Source: an uncultured Planctomycetia bacterium
Lineage (GTDB): Bacteria > Omnitrophota > Gorgyraeia > Duberdicusellales > 4484-171
Reading direction: 5' to 3'
Assembly: GCA_964536865.1 (NCBI GenBank)
Contig: CAZHYN010000018.1
Coordinates: 1 to 20,056, forward strand
Length of the DNA stretch: 20,056 nucleotides
Part shown: piece after piece, positions 1 to 5,899 of the stretch
How positions within the stretch are numbered: position 1 is the stretch's first letter
Layout of the letters: the number at the start of each line of letters is the position of its first letter
The notes under the pieces: generated by a model
Told to the model about the DNA's origin: nothing
The model's database searches: none
The model's input: only the letters and a program-made list of their open reading frames with translations
Position numbers and translations under genes: made by a program

Positions 1-33
1 ATGATAGTAGATATTAAATTGTTAAACTATTTT

Positions 34-77
34 GGACCCAACAAAAAAAGACTCCGACTTTGTCGGAGGTTGGGTTC
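34..77. repeat. Structured repeat unit U1 (compound stem-loop)
   Basis: 34-77 is identical to 164-207 except loop base 61 (T) versus 191 (C). Fold: outer stem GGACCCAAC (34-42) / GTTGGGTTC (69-77, one G-T pair), unpaired AAAAAAAGA (43-51), inner hairpin CTCCGAC (52-58) TTT GTCGGAG (62-68) abutting the outer 3' strand. On the minus strand the inner hairpin is followed by TCTTTTTTTG, which looks like an intrinsic terminator. Alternative closing pair: GGACCC 34-39 / GGGTCC 88-93. Confidence 0.8.
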
Positions 78-163
78 GAGTCTTAGCGGGTCCAGATATC
101 TTTGATAATTAAGATAAATCTAGTCAATTTTAACTTGCTCTTTATCAAAGATAAAGCAATCTC

Positions 164-232
164 GGACCCAACAAAAAAAGACTCCGACTTCGTCGGAGGT
201 TGGGTTCAAATCCCTCCCCCCTCCGTATGTTT
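164..232. repeat. Structured repeat unit U2 (compound stem-loop plus 26-nt C-rich box)
   Basis: Outer stem 164-172 / 199-207, bulge AAAAAAAGA 173-181, inner hairpin CTCCGAC 182-188, loop TTC, GTCGGAG 192-198. It is followed by CAAATCCCTCCCCCCTCCGTATGTTT (207-232), which recurs exactly at 336-361. Alternative pairing: CGGAGG 194-199 with CCTCCG 220-225. Confidence 0.8.
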
Positions 233-292
233 ATATATTGGAAAGAGAAGAGTCTTATAGAGAGAGGAGATGATTTATCTGGTAGCAATTTT

Positions 293-361
293 GGATGCGT
301 TATAAAAACTTCGCTTTATCAGCGAAGAACGCATACAAATCCCTCCCCCCTCCGTATGTTT
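293..361. repeat. Structured repeat unit U3 (same fold, both stems replaced, plus 26-nt C-rich box)
   Basis: Starts with GGA like U1/U2. Outer stem ATGCGTT 295-301 / AACGCAT 328-334, bulge ATAAAAA 302-308, inner hairpin CTTCGCT 309-315, loop TTATC, AGCGAAG 321-327 flush with the outer 3' strand. The distance from the leading GGA to the CAAATCCC box is 43 nt in both U2 (164 to 207) and U3 (293 to 336). Box 336-361 is identical to 207-232. Confidence 0.75.
302..327 (-). terminator. Candidate intrinsic terminator for the permease gene (inner hairpin of U3 read on minus strand)
   Basis: On the minus strand, CTTCGCT-GATAA-AGCGAAG (7-bp stem) is followed immediately by TTTTTAT. It is the first such structure, about 90 nt downstream of the permease stop (418). 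U2 (173-198) and U1 (43-68) give two more hairpin + T7 structures further downstream on the same strand. Confidence 0.5.
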
Positions 362-417
362 TTTCATTTTTAAATGAAATAAAAATTCTTACTCGACTGC
401 GATTACTTTTCCCACTA

Positions 418-1725
418 TCAAGTAAGAAAGATATATCTGAGGATAAAAAGGATAGAGAAGATATAGATTAAAGGAGGGACTTCTTTGATTTTCCCTGCTA
501 CTAACTTTAAGAAAGTGTAAGCTATAAAACCAAATGATATCCCTTCGGTAATACTAAAAGTTAGAGGCATAATTATTATAGTAAGAAATGCAGGAAAGCT
601 TTCGGTAAAATTATCCCAATCAATCTTTCTTATATTCTTAAGCATAAATGAGCCTACAACGATTAAAGCAGGAGCAATGATAGGATAAGTAACCAGCTTT
701 CCTACTTTAATAGGTTTAGAGACTACTTCTATTAAGGGATAGAATACCAAAGATAGAAGGAATAAAGAAGCAGTTACCAGATTAGCCAATCCTGTTCTTG
801 CTCCTTCAGCAATTCCTGTAGAACTTTCAACGTAGCTAGTAATAGTAGAAGTTCCTAGCAGGGTTCCCGAGACTGTACCTATAGCATCACTAAGTAACGC
901 TCCTTTAGCCCGAGGCAACTTACCTTCCTTTAAGAAACCAGCTTGCTCTCCTAATCCTACGAGGGTGCCTACCGTATCGAATAAGTCTAAGAAGAAGAAG
1001 ATAAATATTACTCCTAACATATTCCAAGTCAATGCACCTCTAATATCTAATTTGAAAAAGGTGGGGGAGAGAGAAGGAATTTTCCCTACTATTTTAGGAG
1101 ATTCTACCAGCCCCATACTCACGGCAAGAAAAATATTGAGTACTATTCCTATAAGAATTGCTCCTTTTACTTTTTTGGTAAGAAGTAAGGCAATCACTGT
1201 TACTCCTGATATGGAGAGTAAGACAGGGGGGGAGGAAAGTTTTCCCAGACCTATTAATGTTCCTGATTTTCCCACCACAATTCCTGCCCACTGCAGCCCA
1301 ATAAAGGTAATGAGAAGCCCTATTCCTACCGCAATTCCATGTTTTAAGGAAGAAGGGATAGCGTTGACCAGTTTTTCTCTTAACCCCCAAAAGGAAACTA
1401 TCAAAAAAAATATCCCTGCAATAAAATTTGCTCCTAAAGCTACTTGCCAGCTTACCCCTAAAGCAAGACATACCCCGTATACAAAGTAGAAATTATGTCC
1501 CATTGCTGGAGCTAAGGCTATGGGATAGTTAGCTAAGAGGGCCATAAAGATCATAGCAATACTTGAAGCTACACAGGTTGCTACCATTACTGCTCCTTTA
1601 TCCATTCCCACAGTAGAGAGGATGAGAGGTTGGACAAAGATGATATAAGACATTGTAACAAAGGTAGTAATACCTCCTATTATTTCTTGTCTTATAGAGG
1701 TTTTCTGTGATAGAAAATTTATCAT
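418..1725 (-). CDS. NCS2-family purine (adenine/guanine/hypoxanthine) permease, AzgA/PbuG-like
   Basis: A 435-aa polytopic membrane ORF. The N-terminal IRQEIIGGITTFVTMSYIIFVQPLIL and ANYPIALAPAMGHNFYF match the remembered COG2252 signature. The overlapping ORFs 965-1489(+) and 1094-1471(-) are shadows. Confidence 0.85.
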   Translation of the reverse strand: MINFLSQKTSIRQEIIGGITTFVTMSYIIFVQPLILSTVGMDKGAVMVATCVASSIAMIFMALLANYPIALAPAMGHNFYFVYGVCLALGVSWQVALGANFIAGIFFLIVSFWGLREKLVNAIPSSLKHGIAVGIGLLITFIGLQWAGIVVGKSGTLIGLGKLSSPPVLLSISGVTVIALLLTKKVKGAILIGIVLNIFLAVSMGLVESPKIVGKIPSLSPTFFKLDIRGALTWNMLGVIFIFFFLDLFDTVGTLVGLGEQAGFLKEGKLPRAKGALLSDAIGTVSGTLLGTSTITSYVESSTGIAEGARTGLANLVTASLFLLSLVFYPLIEVVSKPIKVGKLVTYPIIAPALIVVGSFMLKNIRKIDWDNFTESFPAFLTIIIMPLTFSITEGISFGFIAYTFLKLVAGKIKEVPPLIYIFSILFILRYIFLT

Positions 1726-1739
1726 TTCTCTTTAATAAA

Positions 1740-1768
1740 ATTCTATCAACTTTGAGAAGATTTTGCAA
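1740..1768 (-). promoter_or_regulatory. Sigma70-like promoter candidate for the permease
   Basis: The minus strand reads TTGCAA (1768-1763), 17-nt spacer, TAGAAT (1745-1740). The leader to ATG 1725 would be very short, which lowers confidence. Confidence 0.35.
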
Positions 1769-1797
1769 ATAGAAGAATGAAAACGTGAGGTTTTTTC

Positions 1798-1826
1798 TTG
1801 TAAGAGAAGAATAGATGTGTTAGAAT
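1798..1826 (+). promoter_or_regulatory. Sigma70-like promoter candidate for tadA
   Basis: TTGTAA (1798-1803), 17-nt spacer, TAGAAT (1821-1826), about 50 nt upstream of ATG 1876. Confidence 0.45.
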
Positions 1827-1875
1827 TCTTTAGCTATTAGATTGTCTTTCAATTTAAGGTTCACTCCATAATTTT

Positions 1876-2355
1876 ATGAGAAATATTCACTCCAAATTCA
1901 TGCGAGAGGCACTAAAACAGGCAAAGATAGGTTCCGATAATGGCGAAATTCCTATAGGAGCGGTTATTGTATATCAAAATAAAATCATTGCTAAGAGCCA
2001 TAATCAGGTAGAATTACTTAAAGACCCTACTGCTCACGCTGAGATTCTTGCTATTACGCAAGCTACCAACTATTTAAGATGTAAATGGTTGAAGGAATGC
2101 ACTCTCTATGTAACGGTAGAACCATGCCTTATGTGTGCTGCGGCTTTAGTCTTTTCTCGGATTGGTAGAGTTATTTTTGGAGCTTACGATTCTAAAGGAG
2201 GAGGAGTTATTTCCAAAGTAGATATTAATAGACTAAAATTGAATTATAAGATAAAATTTAAAGGGGGTATTTTAGAAGAAGAGTGTGCTAAGGTTATAAA
2301 GGATTTTTTTCAGAAAAAAAGAGAGTTAGTTAAAACTTCTAATAAAAAGATGTAG
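1876..2355 (+). CDS. tadA: tRNA-specific adenosine-34 deaminase
   Basis: 159 aa. Zinc-deaminase motifs HAE (TAHAEILAI) and PCxxC (VEPCLMCAAAL). Size and N-terminus (FMREALKQA) are typical of TadA. Confidence 0.9.
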   Translation: MRNIHSKFMREALKQAKIGSDNGEIPIGAVIVYQNKIIAKSHNQVELLKDPTAHAEILAITQATNYLRCKWLKECTLYVTVEPCLMCAAALVFSRIGRVIFGAYDSKGGGVISKVDINRLKLNYKIKFKGGILEEECAKVIKDFFQKKRELVKTSNKKM

Positions 2356-2395
2356 CCGAGTTATTTTTTCCTAAGGTGGATCCGCCTCTGGCGGA

Positions 2396-2413
2396 AAGGC
2401 AGCCGCCTGCTAA
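2396..2413 (+). repeat. 18-nt exact duplicate of an internal tRNA-Ser segment (D-stem 3' strand to end of anticodon loop)
   Basis: AAGGCAGCCGCCTGCTAA at 2396-2413 equals 2485-2502 inside the tRNA. GCCGAG at 2355-2360 also matches tRNA 2472-2477. Together they resemble a 5' half of the tRNA with the D-loop replaced by 35 nt. Confidence 0.8.
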
Positions 2414-2462
2414 AAGTTTTTAAAAAGCTTTTTGAAAAATAGAGAGGAGTTAAGGCTATTTT

Positions 2463-2557
2463 GGAGAGGTGGCCGAGCTGGTTTAAGGCAGCCGCCTGCT
2501 AAGCGGTTAGCCCGCCAAAAAGCGGGCTCCCGGGTTCGAATCCCGGCCTCTCCGCCA
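2463..2557 (+). tRNA. tRNA-Ser (anticodon GCT), type II with long variable arm, CCA encoded
   Basis: Acceptor GGAGAGG 2463-2469 / CCTCTCC 2547-2553. Anticodon stem 2491-2495 / 2503-2507 with loop CTGCTAA (anticodon 2498-2500). Variable arm AGCCCGC-CAAAAA-GCGGGCT (2509-2528). T arm CCGGG-TTCGAAT-CCCGG (2530-2546). Discriminator G2554, then CCA 2555-2557. Confidence 0.95.
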
Positions 2558-2587
2558 TTAGCTTATATGTTGTTCTCTTTAAATTTA

Positions 2588-2641
2588 CCCCCAACCACAG
2601 AAAGTCACCCCGCCCTTTCAAGGAAAGGGCGGGTTTCGGGG
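2588..2641. repeat. Structured repeat unit U5 (looser member of the same fold)
   Basis: Outer pairing CCCC(C)AA 2588-2594 with TT(C)GGGG 2635-2641 (one C-C mismatch). 5' bulge CCACAGAAAGTCAC (2595-2608). Inner 11-bp hairpin CCCGCCCTTTC 2609-2619, loop AAG, GAAAGGGCGGG 2623-2633. The 5' flank CCCAAC.A.A.AAAG resembles U1/U2. Confidence 0.5.
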
Positions 2642-2646
2642 TTTAC
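2609..2646 (+). terminator. Candidate intrinsic terminator after tRNA-Ser
   Basis: An 11-bp GC-rich hairpin (2609-2633) followed by TTTCGGGGTTT. The T-tract is interrupted, so this is a moderate call. Confidence 0.5.
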
Positions 2647-2677
2647 TAAAGTTAATTTTAAAGAAAAGGCAGTTTCG

Positions 2678-2740
2678 GGCCTAACAATGAAAGTCCCGAG
2701 CTTATCGGGGTTGGGTTTAAATCCTGTCTCTTCCTCATAA
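2678..2740. repeat. Structured repeat unit U4 (same fold, pyrimidine-rich tail)
   Basis: Outer stem CCTAAC 2680-2685 / GTTGGG 2710-2715 (the C-to-T change keeps a T-G pair). 9-nt bulge AATGAAAGT 2686-2694, the same length as in U1/U2. Inner hairpin CCCGA 2695-2699, loop GCTTA, TCGGG 2705-2709, flush with the outer 3' strand. Then GGTTGGGTTTAAATCC (15/16 identical to U2 198-213) and a C/T-rich tail ending 2 nt before the EamA ORF. Confidence 0.7.
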
Positions 2741-2742
2741 AT

Positions 2743-3177
2743 TTGAGTGAGAATGTTATGTTTGCTTATCTCTTTATAGTAATGACTGTATTTTTTTGGG
2801 GGTTAGCTACTATTTTTGATAAGCTCGCTCTAAGAGATGCTTCTCCTTTTGGTGGTCTTTTAATAAGAACGTTGGTTGTAGTTTTGGGGTTAATTTTAAT
2901 ATTTCCTTTCTTTAAATATAAATATCCTTCCTCTTTAAAGCTCAATTCTTCTTCACTTTTATTTTTTATTCTTTCAGGAGTATGTGCAGGATTATTGGGG
3001 ATGTTCACTTATTATTCAGCGTTAAAAAGACTTCCTGCCTCGATAGTAGTTCCTCTATGTTCGGTTTATCCTTTAATCTCAGCCCTTTTAGCAACAGCAG
3101 TTCTAAAAGAAGAGCTTAACATTTTAAGACTTACAGGAGTAGTTTTAATTATATTGGGGGTATGGCTGGTGAAGTAA
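2743..3177 (+). CDS. EamA/DMT-superfamily single-domain membrane transporter
   Basis: A 144-aa ORF with about 4-5 hydrophobic helices, matching an EamA-like half-size protein. The start is ambiguous: TTG 2743 or in-frame ATG 2758 (MFAYLF...), which I consider more likely. Confidence 0.6.
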   Translation: MSENVMFAYLFIVMTVFFWGLATIFDKLALRDASPFGGLLIRTLVVVLGLILIFPFFKYKYPSSLKLNSSSLLFFILSGVCAGLLGMFTYYSALKRLPASIVVPLCSVYPLISALLATAVLKEELNILRLTGVVLIILGVWLVK

Positions 3178-3196
3178 ATTTAGGAGAGAATTAGGA

Positions 3197-4150
3197 GTGG
3201 GAAGAGAACTTTTTTTACTTGTTTTAGGCCTTTTTCTTCTGATTATCAGTTCCCAATGGCTCATTCGGAGCTCTGTTAAATTAGCTACTCTTCTCAGAGT
3301 CACTCCTCTATTTATAGGAATGGTGATAGTTGCTTTCGGTACCAGTACTCCTGAAGCAGGAGTAGGAATTGTTGCAGCACTCAAGGGAGAGAAGGCTATC
3401 GCCTTAGGAAATATTGTGGGTAGTAATATTGCCAACATCGGGTTAATTTTGGGATTAGCTTCACTACTCAGGCCTTTAGGAGTGAAAAAAAGTGTCTTTA
3501 AGAGAGAACTTCCTATAATGCTAATTTGTACCTTTCTTCTGTATATCCTGAGTTTAGATCTCCTCATCAGTCGTGTAGATGGATTAATCTTTCTTGGGCT
3601 TTTTGTCTTTTTCTTTCTCATTTCCTACAGAGGAGGAAAAAAAGATTATAATTTTAAAGAATTGCAAAGTTTCCCTCTTTACAGTTTTCTAAAGAACACA
3701 ACTTCTCTTCTAGTTGTAGGAAGTGTGTGTAGCCTTTCTCTGGTAGGAGTGGTAGTAGGTGCAAACTTAATGGTAAAGGGAGGAGTGGGGTTAGCAAAGG
3801 CTTTTGGAGTAAGTTCCTGGATTATTGCTATTACTGTATTTGCGGTAGGTACTTCTCTCCCTGAGTTAGCAGCTTCTTTAGCAGCTTCTTTTAAAAGAAT
3901 ACCTTCTATCAGTATGGGGAATATTATAGGGAGTAATATCTTCAATATTCTCTTTATATTAGGTATCGTTGCTCTCATAAGACCTATAAAGATTGAACAA
4001 AGTTATCTTGGATTCGAATATATTTTTCTTATCTTCATTAGCATACTCTTAGCAGTATTTATGAAGACTGAGTATAAAGTTTCTCGCTGGGAGGGGTCTC
4101 TTTTGTTTCTGCTGTATATTCTCTTTGTATGGTTGATTGTAGGAAGGTAA
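3197..4150 (+). CDS. Ca2+/Na+ (CaCA family, YrbG-type) antiporter
   Basis: 317 aa, polytopic. Two alpha-repeat signatures, GTSTPE and GTSLPE. GTG start with AGGAGAG 8 nt upstream. Confidence 0.85.
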   Translation: MGRELFLLVLGLFLLIISSQWLIRSSVKLATLLRVTPLFIGMVIVAFGTSTPEAGVGIVAALKGEKAIALGNIVGSNIANIGLILGLASLLRPLGVKKSVFKRELPIMLICTFLLYILSLDLLISRVDGLIFLGLFVFFFLISYRGGKKDYNFKELQSFPLYSFLKNTTSLLVVGSVCSLSLVGVVVGANLMVKGGVGLAKAFGVSSWIIAITVFAVGTSLPELAASLAASFKRIPSISMGNIIGSNIFNILFILGIVALIRPIKIEQSYLGFEYIFLIFISILLAVFMKTEYKVSRWEGSLLFLLYILFVWLIVGR

Positions 4151-4197
4151 GATAATTTTAAAGAGGTGACTTGGTAAGTTCATCCGATAATGCGATA

Positions 4198-4226
4198 TTG
4201 ACTTATTCTTGATGGGAGGTTATACT
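4198..4226 (+). promoter_or_regulatory. Sigma70-like promoter candidate for dnaX-recR
   Basis: TTGACT (4198-4203), 17-nt spacer, TATACT (4221-4226), about 35 nt upstream of the dnaX start. Confidence 0.5.
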
Positions 4227-4261
4227 AAATATCTTTCCCAAAACAAAAGTATATTAGAGGA

Positions 4262-5899
4262 TTGATGGAATACCAGGCTTTTGCTTTAAAATACCGTCCT
4301 AAAAATTTCGATGAAGTTATAGGTCAAGATCATATAGTAATTCCTTTAAAAAAAGCGGTAAGAGAACAACGAATCCATCATGCTTACCTTTTTAGTGGTC
4401 CTCGAGGTGTGGGAAAAACATCGGTAGCTAGGATATTAGCTAAGTCGTTAAACTGCTTTCAAGGACCTACACTGAGTCCCTGTGAAGAGTGTTTAAGCTG
4501 TCGAGAAATTGCTAAAGGAACATCTTTAGATGTAATAGAGATAGATGGGGCTTCTAACCGAGGAATCGAAGAGATAAGAACCTTGAGGGAAAGTGTGAAG
4601 CTTTCTCCTTCCTATTCTCGGTACAAAATATATATAATCGATGAGGTTCATATGCTCACTCAGGAAGCATTTAATGCTCTTCTTAAGACCTTGGAGGAAC
4701 CACCTCCTCATGTGAAGTTCATCTTTGCTACCACCCATCCCCATAAGGTATTACCCACAATACTCTCTCGCTGTCAAAAGTTTCAGTTTCATCTTCTTTC
4801 TGTAGAAAAGATTGTAGAAAAATTGGAGAGAATAATTGAGAGAGAAAATATGAAGATGGATAATCAACTCTTATATGCCATTGCTAGGACAGCTGAAGGA
4901 AGCATGAGAGATGCAGAATCTTTGTTAGATCAGCTTGCTCCCGTATTATTAGAGGAGAAAAGAGAGATAGTCTCAGATATAGCTTCATTCCTAGGAATAG
5001 TGGAGGAGAGCTCACTAAATGAGATAACCAAATTAATTATAGAGCGAAATATAGCTGCCATCTTAGAATTCATTAATAAGATGAGTAAGGAAGGTAGGGA
5101 TCTGGGGGTGTTCATTAATAATCTTCTTGAACATCTGAGAAACTTGATATTAGTGAAGTTAAGTCCTAAAATTTTTAAAGAACTCAGTTCTGTATCTCCT
5201 CATACTAAAGAGTTTCTTTCTCAGAAAGCCGAATTGATTACTTTAGAGAATATATTAAAGATAATGGAGCTTCTAATAGAAGCAAAGGGAGTTTCCAGGA
5301 AGCTTAACACTTTAAGAATTCCTTTAGAGTTAGCCTTTATAAAGTTTTGCTATAAGGAAAAAGAATTGAATAAAATGCCTTTTTCTCCTTCTCCCCAAGC
5401 ATTTTCCTGCTCAGAGGAGTTTTCTAAGGAAGAAGATTGGGAGAATATTCTAGAGGAGGATACAACTGAGGAAGTTTCTGTCAAGGAGAGTGAGAATTTG
5501 AAGGAGAGTGAGAATTTAGTAGAACTTTCAGATTCGGACTTAAAGGAAATAGAATCACGCTGGTTGGATTTTATTTCTAAAATAAGTAAACTGAAAGTTT
5601 CTCTGGCTTCTTACTTGAGTGAGGCTAAGCTATCTCTAACCAGAGATGGTAAGCTCGTGTTAGGATTTTCTAAGAAATTTTCTTTTCACAAAGAGATACT
5701 GGAGAGGGAGAAGAATAAGAAGTTTATAGAGGAAGCATTGAAAAAATACTTTAAAAAAAATTTAAGAATTTCCTTTACTCTTTTAGAGGAACCTTTCCTT
5801 CCACAGGAGAAGAGCGACTGTGAGTCTGAGGAAGAAGGGAAATTGATTGATGAATTACTTGATACATTTAGAGGCACAATAGATACAGATAATGAATAG
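4262..5899 (+). CDS. dnaX: DNA polymerase III subunit gamma/tau
   Basis: Walker A GPRGVGKTS, Walker B IIDEVHML, zinc module CFQGPTLSPCEECLSC, SRC motif LSRCQKF. The start is TTG 4262 or, more likely, ATG 4265. An acidic low-complexity linker precedes the C-terminal domain. Confidence 0.93.
   Translation: MMEYQAFALKYRPKNFDEVIGQDHIVIPLKKAVREQRIHHAYLFSGPRGVGKTSVARILAKSLNCFQGPTLSPCEECLSCREIAKGTSLDVIEIDGASNRGIEEIRTLRESVKLSPSYSRYKIYIIDEVHMLTQEAFNALLKTLEEPPPHVKFIFATTHPHKVLPTILSRCQKFQFHLLSVEKIVEKLERIIERENMKMDNQLLYAIARTAEGSMRDAESLLDQLAPVLLEEKREIVSDIASFLGIVEESSLNEITKLIIERNIAAILEFINKMSKEGRDLGVFINNLLEHLRNLILVKLSPKIFKELSSVSPHTKEFLSQKAELITLENILKIMELLIEAKGVSRKLNTLRIPLELAFIKFCYKEKELNKMPFSPSPQAFSCSEEFSKEEDWENILEEDTTEEVSVKESENLKESENLVELSDSDLKEIESRWLDFISKISKLKVSLASYLSEAKLSLTRDGKLVLGFSKKFSFHKEILEREKNKKFIEEALKKYFKKNLRISFTLLEEPFLPQEKSDCESEEEGKLIDELLDTFRGTIDTDNE
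5483..5518 (+). repeat. 18-bp tandem duplication inside dnaX linker (KESENL x2)
   Basis: AAGGAGAGTGAGAATTTG (5483-5500) is followed by AAGGAGAGTGAGAATTTA (5501-5518), 17/18 identical and in frame. Confidence 0.9.

Noticed and set aside
166-205. The outer stems of U1/U2/U4 match integron attC core consensus: ACCCAAC or GCCTAAC fit RYYYAAC, and GTTGGGT fits GTTRRRY.
   Set aside because: The element is only about 40 nt core to core, shorter than known attC sites. It lacks the symmetric unpaired spacer and L-box/extrahelical-base layout. U3 and U5 do not fit the cores. The units are adjacent with no cassette ORFs, and no intI is in the window. It would still be cheap to test with an attC covariance model (IntegronFinder).
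198-225. GGTTGGGTTCAAATCCC (also GGTTGGGTTCGAGTC at 68-82 and GGTTGGGTTTAAATCC at 2709-2724) looks like a tRNA T-arm, which suggested tRNA 3' fragments, att-site remnants or a tmRNA 3' end.
   Set aside because: The T-stem would have only 3 bp (GGG/CCC), and no complementary 5' acceptor strand exists upstream. The GGG run instead pairs perfectly with upstream CCCAAC. U3 keeps the fold and the downstream box without any GGGTTC, so the T-loop resemblance is incidental.
275-334. Minus-strand mini-ORFs behind the SD-like GGAGGGGGGAGGGA: 19 codons from ATG (334 down to 275) in U3 and about 29 codons from TTG in U2. There is also a 48-codon plus-strand ORF at 227-373.
   Set aside because: The two minus-strand peptides share no similarity although the upstream box is identical. 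The reading frames run through the conserved stems. The plus-strand ORF has no SD. Selection appears to act on structure, not on coding.
207-361. Possible CRISPR-like array from the identical 26-nt repeats.
   Set aside because: There are only two exact copies, separated by 103 nt, which is far longer than a spacer. The flanks are themselves repeated or structured, and no cas genes are present.
965-1489. Antisense or alternative-frame ORFs listed in the track: 965-1489(+), 1094-1471(-), 2766-3008(-), 3145-3621(-), 3679-3978(-), 4526-4744(-), 4930-5115(-), 5686-6027(-), 7038-7226(-), 7353-7568(-), 7830-8027(-), 10126-10326(-).
   Set aside because: Each lies wholly or almost wholly within a confidently identified gene on the other strand or frame. 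They have low-complexity, Arg/Ser/Leu/Pro-rich shadow composition, no recognisable motifs and no SD.
1726-1875. Purine riboswitch upstream of the NCS2 permease (minus strand).
   Set aside because: The minus-strand leader lacks the conserved TATAAT..GGATATGGC..TTTCTACC..CCGTAAAT elements, and the region is too short and AT-rich to hold the three-way junction.
2432-2740. 102-aa ORF in the six-frame track.
   Set aside because: It runs straight through the tRNA-Ser gene and the structured repeats, and its composition is driven by the GC-rich RNA elements.
2560-2742. SRP (4.5S/scr) RNA, expected from Bacillus-like synteny, or a riboswitch (Mn2+ yybP-ykoY, guanidine, fluoride) upstream of the EamA and CaCA transporters.
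   Set aside because: I found no GGAA-tetraloop/AGCAGC domain IV signature, no GGGGAGTAG, no GGTCCGAGAG-type motif and no CTGATG fluoride-motif core. Only a covariance-model scan could exclude these fully.
5753-5761. A8 run giving an A_AAA_AAT slippery heptamer in dnaX, as a possible gamma/tau frameshift or transcriptional slippage site.
   Set aside because: It lies only 46 codons before the normal stop, after the C-terminal domain has begun. A shifted product would not resemble a gamma subunit. No slippery site occurs near the linker.
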